From Chloroflexota bacterium (GTDB taxonomy: Bacteria > Chloroflexota > UBA11872 > VXNJ01), in contig OZ253449.1 in the NCBI GenBank assembly GCA_965261345.1, forward strand, positions 480,001 through 544,000: 64,000 bases of DNA, read 5' to 3'. The translations under genes were made by a program, and so were the position numbers. Shown piece after piece: positions 28,443 through 41,481 of this stretch. Numbering within the stretch: position 1 is the stretch's first letter; the number at the start of each line of letters is the position of its first letter. Below the pieces are notes generated by a model. The model was not told the DNA's origin. It searched no databases and saw nothing but the letters and a program-made list of their open reading frames with translations.

Positions 28443-29211
28443 TTCGCGCGCCAAACCGGCGGCAATTGAACTCTTCTCGATTCCGCTCTTTGGCCTCCGT
28501 CAAGGGTTCGCCCTGGCCTGGCTGCGCGCCTGGTTATCAGGCGGCCAGGGGCGGGCGATTTTTACGGTCAACCCGGAATTCATAGTCGCCGCGCGCAGCG
28601 ACCGGGAATTTCTCAAGGTCCTCCAGCACAACGACCTAAATCTGATCGATGGAGCCGGCCTCCTGATCGCGGCGCGCTGGCACGGCCACCGGCACTGCGA
28701 GCGGCTGCCCGGGATCGAGTTGGTATCGCATATCTGCCAACTCTGCATCGCCGGCAATTACCCGCTGTTTCTGCTCGGTGGGCGAGACGGCACGGCGGCG
28801 GCGGCGGCGGCGGCCCTAGTTTCCCGGCACCCAGGCCTCAGGGTGGCCGGTGCTGCCGAACCCGCTGACCCATTCGGCCAGGCCGAGTCGATCTGCCGGA
28901 TGATTGCTGATTCCGGAGCGCGGGTTCTGCTGGTGGCCTTCGGCACGCCGCGCCAAGAATATTGGATTGCCCGGAATCTGCCGCACTGCCGCGTGCGCCT
29001 GGCGGTGGGGGTCGGTGGGGCATTCGACATGATCTCCGGGCGGGTTCGCCGGGCTCCTCGATGGGTGAGGCGAATTGGACTGGAATGGTTGTTCCGGCTA
29101 GTAATCCAACCCTGGCGCTGGCGCCGCCAGCGCGTCCTGCCGATATTCCTCGGCCTGGCCGCACGAAGCGCGCTGCAGGCCCGATTTGGGCGCAGCCGAT
29201 TGGTCAAATAG
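28435..29211 (+). CDS. WecB/TagA/CpsF family glycosyltransferase (GT26)
   Basis: TVNPE, IDG, RLPGIEL, FGTPRQE.W, GVGGAFD, RAP, GLEWLFRL..QPWRWRR. ATG 28435 overlaps the GT9 stop. Confidence 0.92.
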   Translation: MTDSRAKPAAIELFSIPLFGLRQGFALAWLRAWLSGGQGRAIFTVNPEFIVAARSDREFLKVLQHNDLNLIDGAGLLIAARWHGHRHCERLPGIELVSHICQLCIAGNYPLFLLGGRDGTAAAAAAALVSRHPGLRVAGAAEPADPFGQAESICRMIADSGARVLLVAFGTPRQEYWIARNLPHCRVRLAVGVGGAFDMISGRVRRAPRWVRRIGLEWLFRLVIQPWRWRRQRVLPIFLGLAARSALQARFGRSRLVK

Positions 29212-29255
29212 GCATTGCGGGCCCAGCCCGAACCTCCAGGCAGGAGTCGATCGCC

Positions 29256-30398
29256 GTGAAGATTACCGATATATCCACCATCGCCACCGCCGGCGGGCAC
29301 GCCAATTGGCTATTCGTGAAAGTCTCCACTGACGCGGGGATAACCGGCTGGGGCGAGGCGAGCCTGGAGAACCGGGAGATTTCGGTGCAGGCCGAAATCG
29401 CCGAGCTTGCCAAGGGTCTAATCGGCCGCGATCCGCGTCAGATCGAAAAGATCTGGGTCGACGCCCACCGTGGCACCTACTGGAGCGGCGGAGCGGTTTC
29501 GATGTCGGCAATCTCGGGTATCGACCTGGCCCTCTGGGACATATTGGGCAAGGCGCTGGCGGTCCCGGTACACCAGCTATTGGGCGGGAAGGTGCGCGAC
29601 CGCCTGCGCGCCTACGCAAATTCCTGGTTTGAAATCGGATCCGGACCCGGCAAATACGCCGACGACGCGCTCGCCATGGTGGAGGCCGGATTTGACGCGA
29701 TCAAATGGGACCCGTTCACCGGGGCCAACCAGATGCTCTCGCGCCAAATCGAGGACGAGGCCTTCGCCAACATCGACGCGGTTCGGATGGCGGTTGGCCC
29801 GACGGTGGACCTGTGCATCGAGGCGCACGGCCGGTTCAACATGATTTCGGCCATCAGGGTTGGCCAGCGGCTCGAACCCTACCGTCCATTCTTTTACGAG
29901 GAACCGATCCTGCACGACAACCCCGATGCCCTGGCCGAGGTGGCGCGGGCGGTGCGGGTTCCGATCGCCACCGGCGAGCGGTTGCTTTCGCGCTGGGATT
30001 TCCGCCCGCTGCTGGAACGCAATTGCGTGCGCATCATCCAACCGGACATCTGTCACGCCGGGGGCATTAGCGAGCTTAAAAAAATAGCCACAATGGCCGA
30101 AACCCATTACGTTGCAATCCAGCCGCACAACGCCGGTGGACCACTTTCCACACTCGCTGCGATCCACCTGGACGCCAGCACTCCGAACTTTGCAATCCAA
30201 GAGTTTTTCGAACCCTATCGGGCCCGCTACAACCAGTTGCTGACCCATCCGATCGAGGTTGAAAACGGGCACCTGCTAGTGCCCGACCGACCCGGTCTTG
30301 GAGGTGACATCGACGAGGCGGCGGCGGCGCAATTGCCACCGGACCCGGCCCTGGCCACCGGCCGGACCCTCAATCGACCCAATTTCCCCTACCTCTAG
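29256..30398 (+). CDS. dgoD: Galactonate dehydratase-like enzyme (enolase superfamily)
   Basis: WLFVKVSTDAGITGWGE, DLALWDILGK, RAYAN.W, KWDPF, EAHGR, FYEEP, IATGERL, QPDICHAGG, PHN. Start GTG 29256; substrate unproven. Confidence 0.8.
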   Translation: MKITDISTIATAGGHANWLFVKVSTDAGITGWGEASLENREISVQAEIAELAKGLIGRDPRQIEKIWVDAHRGTYWSGGAVSMSAISGIDLALWDILGKALAVPVHQLLGGKVRDRLRAYANSWFEIGSGPGKYADDALAMVEAGFDAIKWDPFTGANQMLSRQIEDEAFANIDAVRMAVGPTVDLCIEAHGRFNMISAIRVGQRLEPYRPFFYEEPILHDNPDALAEVARAVRVPIATGERLLSRWDFRPLLERNCVRIIQPDICHAGGISELKKIATMAETHYVAIQPHNAGGPLSTLAAIHLDASTPNFAIQEFFEPYRARYNQLLTHPIEVENGHLLVPDRPGLGGDIDEAAAAQLPPDPALATGRTLNRPNFPYL

Positions 30399-30450
30399 GT
30401 CGGGTTTCTCCGGCGTCTCTGGTCCGAATCCAACTAGCTGATTCGGCTAG

Positions 30451-32645
30451 AAGCCCGGCCGAAAAGCCCCTGTACAAAGGGCTAATCCGTCATCAAACAT
30501 ATAAAATATCAACAGGCATCTTGCGGAGCCTTTCCATTGATAAAAACATAGCATTGCCGGGTGGTGGAGACATGCTGGGGACCCATGCCCAAAAGGGCTT
30601 CTTCCAGACCGACGGCCTGCACCTTGACTACGTAGGACGCGATACCTTCTACGGCCGCCTGGCGGGCATGCGGGGAGAGCTGTTCAAAGACGAAGATTTC
30701 GCCGATCTCTACTGCGCCGACAACGGCCGCCCCAGCGTGGCGCCCTCGCTGCTGGCCACCGTTCTCCTGCTGCAGGCCCACGATAAGGTCTCTGACAACG
30801 AGGCCAAGCAGCGGGCCGACTACGACCTGCGCTGGAAGGTGGCGCTGGGGACCGAGCTGGAAGAACGCGCGTTCGCCAAGTCCACATTGCAGCTGTTTCG
30901 CTCGCAGCTGATCGTTCACGGCAGGGCGCGGGGGATATTTCGCCGCTCCCTGCAGCACGCCCGCAAAAAGGGCTTCTTCAAGGGCCAGAGCATGAAGCTG
31001 GCGATCGATACCACCGCCATCCTGGGCAGGGGCGCGGTGCGGGACGCCTACAACCTGATCGGGGACGGCTGCCGCCTGCTGGTCGGCGCCCTGGCCGAAC
31101 AGGATGGCCAAGACCCCAAAGAGTGGGCCCGCCAACACGGCTACAACCTGCATGCCGGCAAGAGCCTGAAGGGCGCTGTCGCCATCGACTGGTCGGACCG
31201 TAAACAGCGCCGCCGGTTCCTGGGGCGGATCGTCAGAGACGCCGACTCGCTGCTGGCAAGGGCCCGCAGCGCGCTTGAATCCCCTGCTCCCGACAATAAG
31301 CGCGCCGATAAGATCCTGGCCTGCTCGCAGCTGCTGTCGCAGATCCTGCTCCAGGACGTAAAACGCGTCCCCGCGGAACCGGCAAAACCGGTTCCCGACG
31401 ACCGCGATCGGCTGCTGCTGCCGGCGAGAACCGACGCCGGCGAGGTCGATCCCGCCCCGGTGGCGGTCAGAGACAGGGGTGTCGCGGCCAGGGATTCGGC
31501 CGACGGCGCAGATGGCGAGGAAGTGGAGATCGTTCGGGGCGGACGCGACCGGATCATATCGGCGCACGATCCGCAGATGCGCCATGGACGCAAGAGCTCG
31601 ACCAACCGCTTTGCCGGCCACAAGGCCGCCATCGCCGTAGATTTGTCAACCGGCCTGGTAACCGCGGTAGACGTGATCCCGGGCAACGCCCCCGACAACT
31701 GCGGCGCCCTGGCGCTGGTGCGGGAGGCCGAAGAGAACGCCGCCGCCAAAGTCGAGATCGTCATCGGCGACTGCGCCTACGGGGCTGGCGACACCCGCAA
31801 GGACTTCGCCGACGCCGGGTACGACCTCTTCGCCAGGGCGCCGGGTAAACCAGCCAGCCGCTACTTTAGTAAAGCAGGACTTTGCCATCGATCTGGAAAA
31901 GGGAACCTGCGCACTGCCCGGCCGGGCAGATAACTTCCGATTACCGCCGCTCGCGCTCCCGGCGCAGCGCCAAGACACGCGCCGGCCTCTTCCACTTCGC
32001 TAAAGAGCAGTGCTCGGCCTGTCCGCTCAAGAGATCCTGCATACGCTCTGCGACCAAACCCAACCGCCGCATCAGCGTCCATCCCCAGGAACGCCTGCTG
32101 CAGCAGGCCCGCATCCGCCAGCGCAGTAAGGAAGGCTTAAAGATCGCGCGCCTTAGAACCCGCGTCGAGCACCGCCTGGCCAGGCTCTGCCAGCTGGGCG
32201 TGCGCCAGTCGCGGTTCTTTGGCAGGCAACTTGCCGGGTTCCAGCTGCTGATGGCGGCCACGGTGGCCAACCTAACGCTTGCCGAAGGGGAGTCGTGGAA
32301 AAGGAAACCCTCGGGAACCGACCCGGGCCGGGAAGCCGGGCTGACCGCGGCCGCCGCAAACGGCCGGGAGGCGGCGCAGATGGCGATGGAGGGCAATCGG
32401 AACGGGGTCGCCGAAGGCCGGGAAGTAGCTTCTGCGCCGGTAATGGAAGGACCTGCGAATCGGGATTTGGCGCGGGGTCTTAAAAATGCGGTTGCCGCCG
32501 GCGCGATCGTTGCATGGGCCCAGAATTCCCACGAAATATCGATCCAGAGTGTCCTAAATCGGTTTGGCGGCCTCAGGGAGGTCTTCGAGGTCATTGCTAA
32601 TCTGTTTGAGCCCCGACGCGCGTTTTGGGCTTTTCGGCCTGGTTT
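30451..32645 (+). mobile_element. IS1182-family insertion sequence A
   Basis: IRL AAGCCCGGCCGAAAAGCCC (30451-30469) and IRR 32627-32645 match 17/19. Flanked by CTAG at 30447-30450 and 32646-32649. Confidence 0.88.
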
Positions 32646-32649
32646 CTAG
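30572..32649 (+). pseudogene. IS1182-family transposase, frameshifted
   Basis: NGRPSVAP, YDLRWKVAL, AIDTT, DPQMRHGRKS, GDCAYG, CPAGQ, CSACPLKRSC, RTRVEH. Two +1 shifts near 31874 and 31912; the stop is the TAG of the right CTAG. Confidence 0.85.
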
Positions 32650-34232
32650 GAGTCTGCGCCGCAGAAAAATCCTAAAGGGAGAATCGGGAACCGCGCACTC
32701 CCCGTAAGTATTCGCCAGGCGGCCTCCATGCCGACCACCTTCCGGCCCTACCACCCCGACCAGCCGCACCTGCTGCCGCCGAACCCGCGCGAGTGGCTTC
32801 CCGATGGAGACCTGGCCTACCAGATCGCCGACCTGGTCGACGCCCTGGACCTGGCCGCCTTCTATGCCCCCTACGAGGGCGACGGCCGCCGCAACTCCCC
32901 CTACGAACCGGCGATGATGGTCAAGATCCTGCTCTACGGCTACGCCACCGGCACCTTCTCCTCGCGCCGGATCGCCAGCGCCTTACAACGCGACCTGGCC
33001 TTCCGGCTGCTGGCCGCCGGCAGCCTACCCCGCCACCGCACCATCTGCGAGTTCCGAAAGCGCCACCTTGAGGACTTCAAGGACCTCTTCGTGCAGGTCG
33101 TTGCAATCGCCCGCGAGATGGGACTTACCAGACTGGGGACCCTGGCGGTGGACGCCAGCAAGGTGCGGGCTTCGGCCTCCCGGCGCAAGGCGATGAGCTA
33201 TGGGCGCATGCTGGAGCAGGAGCAAAAGCTGCGCGCCGAGATCACCGCCCTGCTGGAGCGGGCCGAGGCCGCCGACCTGGCCGAGGACGAACAGTACGGC
33301 CCCGACGGCTCGGGCGAGGACGTTCCCGAAGAGCTCAAACGCCGCCGATCGCGCCTGCAGGCGATAGAACGGGCCAAGCAGCGCCTGGAGCAAAAAGCCC
33401 GGGAGCGCGACGACGAGCGCGGCCGCTCCCCCAAAGACGACGGCCCGCCGCGCCGCGGCCCACGCTACAAGCGCCCCTACGGGGAACCCGACCCCAAGGC
33501 GCAGAGCAACTTCACCGATCCCGAGAGTGCATCATGCAGACCTCGTCGGAGGGCTTCCAGCAGGCCTACAACGCCCAGGCGGCGGTCGACGGGTCATCGC
33601 GCCTGATCGTGGCCGTCAACGTCGGCGCCAATCCGGCCGACTACGGCCGGCTGGAGGAGATGCTGGACCAGGTTCAGGAAAACCTGGGCGCCTCGCCTGG
33701 CAAGGTGCTGGCCGACAGCGGCTACGCCTCGGAGCGGACCCTTGCCGAACTGGAGCGCCGGGGCGTCGACGCCTACCTGGCGCTGGGCCGCGAAGGCGGC
33801 GGCCGATTCGCCGCCCGCACCCCGGCCCGGGCGCGCATGGCGGACAAGATCGCCGGTGCCGAAGGCAGGAAGACCTACGCGGACCGCAAGCACATCGCCG
33901 AACCTCCGTTCGGCTGGATAAAGCACGTCATGGGCTTCCGGCGCTTCAGCGTAAGGGGATTTAAGGAAAGTGCAGGGCGAGTGGGCCCTGGTGTGCCTGG
34001 CGCTCAACGCCAGGCGGATAAATGTCGTGGCCGGAGGGTAAATGCAGCGCGAACGCCCCGAATTGAGACCCCTTGGCGCCCGAACCGGTTCATCCGGGTC
34101 GATCGACGCATTGCAGATGCCCGTGACCGGCGGCAGTCTGCGTCGCCGGAGCATGCCGCAACCGTTGCGTGCCGCAAAAACGCCGAAACAGGTGCGATCG
34201 GGGCTCGGTCGCAAATCCTGCGGCGCAGACTC
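32650..34232 (+). mobile_element. IS1182-family insertion sequence B
   Basis: Perfect 15-bp terminal IR GAGTCTGCGCCGCAG (32650-32664 and 34218-34232). Flanked by CTAG at 32646-32649 and 34233-34236. Confidence 0.92.
32728..34041 (+). pseudogene. IS1182-family transposase, frameshifted
   Basis: FRPY.PDQ..LLPP..REWLP, YGYATGTFSSR, AVDASK, NFTDPES, QAYNAQ, LADSGY, RKHIAEPPFGWIK, GEWALVCLALN. Shifts near 33528 and 33961. Confidence 0.88.
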
Positions 34233-35534
34233 CTAGCTGATAAAGATATAGCGGGCGATGAACAAGATCGCCATAACATGCACCAGCCAGGAAACTTCCA
34301 GGCCCTTGCCACGCAGGATCTTGAGGATCGAATAGGAAACAATTCCCATTGCCAGGCCGTCGGCGATCGAAAACGTGAGCGGCATCCCCGCCATCGTCAC
34401 AACCGCCGGGACGGCGGTGTCGATATCGTCCCAGGCGATCTCACGCACCAATCCAACCGTGGTCGCGGCAATGATCACCAAGGCGGCGGCCACCGCCGAT
34501 TCGGGCACGATCGCGACCAATGCCGCAAGCGGCAGGGACAGCAGGAACAGGATCCCCACGACCACCGCGGTCAACCCGGTTCGACCGCCGGCCGAGATCC
34601 CGGCCGCGCTCTCGATGTAGGTTGTAACCGTCGAGGTGCCAGCCAGGGCGCCGACGATCGTGGAACCACCGTCGACCGCCAGGATCCGGCCGAGCCGGGG
34701 AACGTTGCCGGTTGAATCCTCCAGCTTGGCCCGCTTGATCAGTCCGATAACGGTGCCGAGGGAGTCGAAAAAGTCAACGAACAACATTGCAAAGATGATG
34801 TCGAGGAACCCGACATCTAGCGCGCCCACGATGTCGAGCGCGAATATGCCGTCCGACCAACTGCCCTCGGTGGCCGGGCTGGCGCTGAGTCCGAGCGGGA
34901 TCGATACGAGGGTGGCAACTACGATTCCAACCAGGATTCCGGCCCGCAGCCCACGCGCCAGCAGGGCGGCGATAACCAGGACCGTGGCGATGGTCAACAG
35001 CGCGGTCGGCGAACCCCAGTCGCCGCGGGTAATGATCGTCGCGTCCAGGGCCTGCACAAGCCCGCCGTTTCGCAGCCCGATCATGAGCAGGAACAGGCCG
35101 ATGCCGGCGCCGATAGCCGGGAGCAGCTCGCGCGGCATCATCCGGACGAGGGCTTGACGCACGCCGGCAATCGTTAGCGCCACGAAAACGCATCCGGAAA
35201 TGAATACAACGCCGAGCGCTTCCTGCCAGGTCAGTCCCATCCCGCCGACAACGGTGAACGCGAAGAACGCGTTCAGGCCCATTCCCGGAGCCAGGGCCAG
35301 CGGCATGCGGGCGATCAAACCCATCGCCAGGGTTCCGAGTCCGGCCACCAGGCAGGTCGCGAAGGCGGCGGCCACCGGCGGAATGCCGGCATTGGAAAGG
35401 ATTGCCGGGTTGACCGCGATGATGTAACTCATCGCCAAGAAAGTGGTAATCCCGGCGACGACTTCGACCCGTACGGAGGAGCCGACCTTTCCCAATTCGA
35501 AGTACCGGTCGACCCGGGATACGATGCCATTCAT
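34233..35534 (-). CDS. NCS2/AzgA-family purine permease
   Basis: EVVAGITTFLAMSYII.VNP, APGMGLNAFF, AGIGLFL, TTYIESAAG..AGGRTG, MPLTFSIADG. Confidence 0.93.
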   Translation of the reverse strand: MNGIVSRVDRYFELGKVGSSVRVEVVAGITTFLAMSYIIAVNPAILSNAGIPPVAAAFATCLVAGLGTLAMGLIARMPLALAPGMGLNAFFAFTVVGGMGLTWQEALGVVFISGCVFVALTIAGVRQALVRMMPRELLPAIGAGIGLFLLMIGLRNGGLVQALDATIITRGDWGSPTALLTIATVLVIAALLARGLRAGILVGIVVATLVSIPLGLSASPATEGSWSDGIFALDIVGALDVGFLDIIFAMLFVDFFDSLGTVIGLIKRAKLEDSTGNVPRLGRILAVDGGSTIVGALAGTSTVTTYIESAAGISAGGRTGLTAVVVGILFLLSLPLAALVAIVPESAVAAALVIIAATTVGLVREIAWDDIDTAVPAVVTMAGMPLTFSIADGLAMGIVSYSILKILRGKGLEVSWLVHVMAILFIARYIFIS

Positions 35535-35659
35535 GGACTACCCCTCAAACCCCGTTCGGGCCGACCGGAGTCGGCTCCGCAAGCTCAATTCCACGCCATT
35601 CTATTTTTCGCCGGGCCCACGTTTGCCAAAGTCCTACCGGGCCGCCGGCAGGTAGCCGA

Positions 35660-36847
35660 TCAACCGGCTGGAGCCACAGTCCGATCCCAGGGAGAGCGCT
35701 CCAATAACCGGCCCGGAATTGCCAGCGAACTAAAGAAACCAAGGATCGGCATCATCGCGATGACCGCCAGGGCCAACTGCACTCCGATCGAATCGGCGAT
35801 TGCGCCGGTGAGCGCTTGGCCTACGGCCTGGACTGAAAAAATGAACCCAAGCGCCAAGCCCGAGGCGGTGGCCATTCGGGCCGACATCGCCTGCTGGATC
35901 ATTACCACCGACGGGGTTTGGGGGGTCTGAATCAAGAACCCGGCACCGAACGCAGCAACAAACGACAGCGGCGCCCCGATCGTTACCACCATGAGCAAAA
36001 ACACCGGCGTCCCGAAAAGCAGCGGCAGCGCGATTACCGATTTGGAGCCAAACCGGTCCGAAAGCCAACCGCCGCCGAAAACACCGATCGCCGCGCCCGC
36101 TGAAAAAACCGAAAGGGCCAAGCCGGCCACTTGCAACGAGGCTCCCTGATCGATGAATGCGAACGGAATAAATACCGGCGCAGCTCCAAACGCCAGCCCG
36201 CGGAACACCGACATCGCCGCCAACGGGGCCAGCAGTCGATTGAGCATCCTGCCGGGCCGGTGTTCGGACGGCCGCTCCGCTGTCGTTGGCGCAGCGATTC
36301 GCGGGCGGGTCAATAGGAAATACAACGTGGAGGTGAAAACCGAAAAGACGATCAAATAAAGCGGAAAAGTAAGTCCCAATTCCATGGTCTCAACGAAAAA
36401 CCCGGTCACTACCGGAGAAACCGCAAAACCGGTGTTACCGGCCAGGAAGAACATCCCGACCGCCGATCCCTTACCCGTCGCTGACGACTGGTTGGCGGCG
36501 CCCAGGCCCAGCGAATGGAAGGCACCCGAGGCCACCGCGGACAGGACCAGCAACGCGAGCAAGATCGAGTAGGTTCCGGCCTGGGTGGCCAGTCCGATAA
36601 AGAGACCCTGAAAAAATATTGCCGCGGTAAGCAGTCGGCGGGTCCCCAATCGGTCGCCGAGTATCCCGAACAATGGCTGGGCCATCCCGTTCACGGCAAT
36701 GTGCAATCCGGCCGCGACCCCCACCTGGGTGAAGGTCAATTCCAATTTGGCGGCCAATAGTGGGAACACGATATTGATCGCAAAGGTAGTAAAGTCGATA
36801 CCGAAATGGGCCGGCAGGACCGCCATCAGATCGCGGTTGATCCGCAT
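35660..36847 (-). CDS. MFS transporter (Fsr-like)
   Basis: About 12 TMs, QPLFGILGDRLG, GAFH, GWLSDRFG. Confidence 0.88.
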   Translation of the reverse strand: MRINRDLMAVLPAHFGIDFTTFAINIVFPLLAAKLELTFTQVGVAAGLHIAVNGMAQPLFGILGDRLGTRRLLTAAIFFQGLFIGLATQAGTYSILLALLVLSAVASGAFHSLGLGAANQSSATGKGSAVGMFFLAGNTGFAVSPVVTGFFVETMELGLTFPLYLIVFSVFTSTLYFLLTRPRIAAPTTAERPSEHRPGRMLNRLLAPLAAMSVFRGLAFGAAPVFIPFAFIDQGASLQVAGLALSVFSAGAAIGVFGGGWLSDRFGSKSVIALPLLFGTPVFLLMVVTIGAPLSFVAAFGAGFLIQTPQTPSVVMIQQAMSARMATASGLALGFIFSVQAVGQALTGAIADSIGVQLALAVIAMMPILGFFSSLAIPGRLLERSPWDRTVAPAG

Positions 36848-37056
36848 TTGGCCGCCTTTGGGAGCGAATGAGCGTTGCCCGTCGGAGCCGGGCCCCAGGG
36901 TCGGCCGTTAACCATTCGACCGTACCGCCATTATCAGGATGTACGAAGGCACGCGTCGATGCTCATAAAATTTTTTTATCGAGCGCCGGCATAAACGCAC
37001 GACCCTGCCGCACCTGCCGCCGGAAATTCTCAGGCCCTTTTTTGGAGTACCCACCC

Positions 37057-39708
<2,652 letters not shown>

Positions 39709-39726
39709 TGGCTAAGCATTGCCAAA

Positions 39727-40422
39727 TTAGCCGCCCAGCGCCTTTTGCAGCGACAGGATCGCCCCGGTTTGGCCAACCCCGGATATTGAATTGGGTTCAA
39801 ACCGGCGGATCGTTCGGTAGCCATGCGCCCGATAGAGATTCGCCGCCGCGGGATTGGCGGCAAGGACGTTTACGGTGATCGAACCGCCGCCGCCGCCGCC
39901 TTGGGCGATCCGCTCGGCCAACCCCAACAGCTGTGAGGCCAGGCCGCGGCGGCGAAACCCCGGGTCGACCGCCAGGGCCGCGATGTAGTAGTCGTCGGGA
40001 GTGGCCGCCGCCCCCATCGGCTCCTCGGCGCGCTTGCGCAGGACCCGCGGGATAAGCGGGCGCGGCCCCAGCGCGGTCGGCAACCGACCGCGCCGCAGCA
40101 GCGCGATCGCATTGCCCGATCCGACCGCGCGGAGCATCGGGACGATCGTCTTGAGATTGCGCCGCCGCAATTCGCTGAGACGGCAAAAAGCGATCAGTGC
40201 CGCCAAGTCGCCGTCGCGCTCTGCCACCAGGGCGGTCTCATGTGAAAAAACGCCGTCGCGCCCGGCAAATAAGGTAGCTAGCGCATCCAATGCACGGGCA
40301 GCGCTGCCCATCCCAAATACCGGTACCGCTAACGTTCCCGCCGACTCAAACAACAATGCCGGCGCCCCGTCGTCACCGCCGGTCGCCCAACGGTAGGCGA
40401 ATCCGTCAACGTCCTGGAGCAT
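39727..40422 (-). CDS. GNAT-family N-acetyltransferase
   Basis: YIAALAVDPGFRRRGLAS (motif A), N..AANLY...GY. Confidence 0.85.
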   Translation of the reverse strand: MLQDVDGFAYRWATGGDDGAPALLFESAGTLAVPVFGMGSAARALDALATLFAGRDGVFSHETALVAERDGDLAALIAFCRLSELRRRNLKTIVPMLRAVGSGNAIALLRRGRLPTALGPRPLIPRVLRKRAEEPMGAAATPDDYYIAALAVDPGFRRRGLASQLLGLAERIAQGGGGGGSITVNVLAANPAAANLYRAHGYRTIRRFEPNSISGVGQTGAILSLQKALGG

Positions 40423-40470
40423 TCCCAGGGGTTCCCCGGGCCAACGCTGCTGGCCGCCGGCAACGATGTG

Positions 40471-41331
40471 CTATGCGCACACCAGCTCCGGGGTGTTCTG
40501 CTCCATCCAGGTCCGCAGAGGTACATCGTCCGGGCTGGGTGAGGTTCGACCGTGATTGGAGGTTGAATGCCCAAGCATCTGACGCATGATCGGGTCGGCT
40601 TCCTCGTACCACTGAGCCGAATACTCCATTTCGTCGCGGGCGTGCAGCCATCTGTAGCCGTAGCCGTAAAAGAGGACCTTGCGAGTGATATCGGAGTAGT
40701 TGGGAGTGGCCGAGTGCCACAGCCGGCGGTCAAAGATCACTGCATCGCCGGGTTCGGCAAGCACCGGGACCGCCCCGTCGGGTTGCCCCATACCGCTCGT
40801 TGGCAGCTGGATCGAATTCCGGAGATGGGAACCTGGGACCACCCAGAAATTTCCGCGCCCCGGCTTTGAAACGTCGGTCAGGAAATAGGCGACCTTGACC
40901 GAAATTCGCGGCCGTGGATTGGTCTCCAGATCGCGGTTTAGCTGGCCGGAGTCCTGGTGCCAGCCCCAAGTCGGGCCGGCCGGGTCATAGGCGCCTTCCT
41001 CGCGTCCCGAAACCGCCAAGTGTGAATGGTAAAGATATATGTTCCAGCCGAGAATGCCAAACATTTTGGGCAGGATTTTCTCAAAACACACCAGGTCGAA
41101 AAACACCCGATCACGTCCGATGCAGCCCAGCATGTTGAAGCGCTGCACGAGCCCGTGGTCAACGCGCACGTCGCCCTTAAAACCTGCCTGCCAAAGCCGG
41201 TCAACGGCCGCCGCGCAAGCTGCGTTGGCTTCGGGGTCCAGTGCCTCTTTTATGCGAAGATAGCCGTCGCGCTCAAAAATCTCGCGCTCGCTGTCGGCGA
41301 GCAAATGCGCGCAAAAATCACGCCCCTGCAT
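40471..41331 (-). CDS. Phytanoyl-CoA dioxygenase (PhyH) family 2OG-Fe(II) oxygenase
   Basis: FERDGYL, WHQD, VVPGSH, PGDAVIFD..LWH...N...TR. Confidence 0.9.
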   Translation of the reverse strand: MQGRDFCAHLLADSEREIFERDGYLRIKEALDPEANAACAAAVDRLWQAGFKGDVRVDHGLVQRFNMLGCIGRDRVFFDLVCFEKILPKMFGILGWNIYLYHSHLAVSGREEGAYDPAGPTWGWHQDSGQLNRDLETNPRPRISVKVAYFLTDVSKPGRGNFWVVPGSHLRNSIQLPTSGMGQPDGAVPVLAEPGDAVIFDRRLWHSATPNYSDITRKVLFYGYGYRWLHARDEMEYSAQWYEEADPIMRQMLGHSTSNHGRTSPSPDDVPLRTWMEQNTPELVCA

Positions 41332-41481
41332 GACCCCTCCTCATCGGGTTTGCCGATATTTTTCCAAAGTATGCAAGCAACCTGGCCGCGGACGCCATTT
41401 GTTATCCAAAATTAGGGTGGATGGCACCGAGATCTAGGACGATGCCGCCAGCTAGCCAGGAAGAGTGGGACACGGGGAGCT

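Noticed and set aside
33534-34715. 393-aa ORF running out of IS-B into the permease
   Set aside because: Product of the frameshift near 33961; the repaired transposase stops at 34041.
35535-35660. Purine riboswitch upstream of the NCS2 permease
   Set aside because: Only short hairpins and a TAGAAT -10-like box; the conserved purine aptamer core is not seen.
41360-41410. DnaA-box-like 9-mers TTTTCCAAA and TTATCCAAA upstream of dnaG
   Set aside because: Both mismatch TTATCCACA, and two such hits in an AT-richer promoter region are too weak to call.
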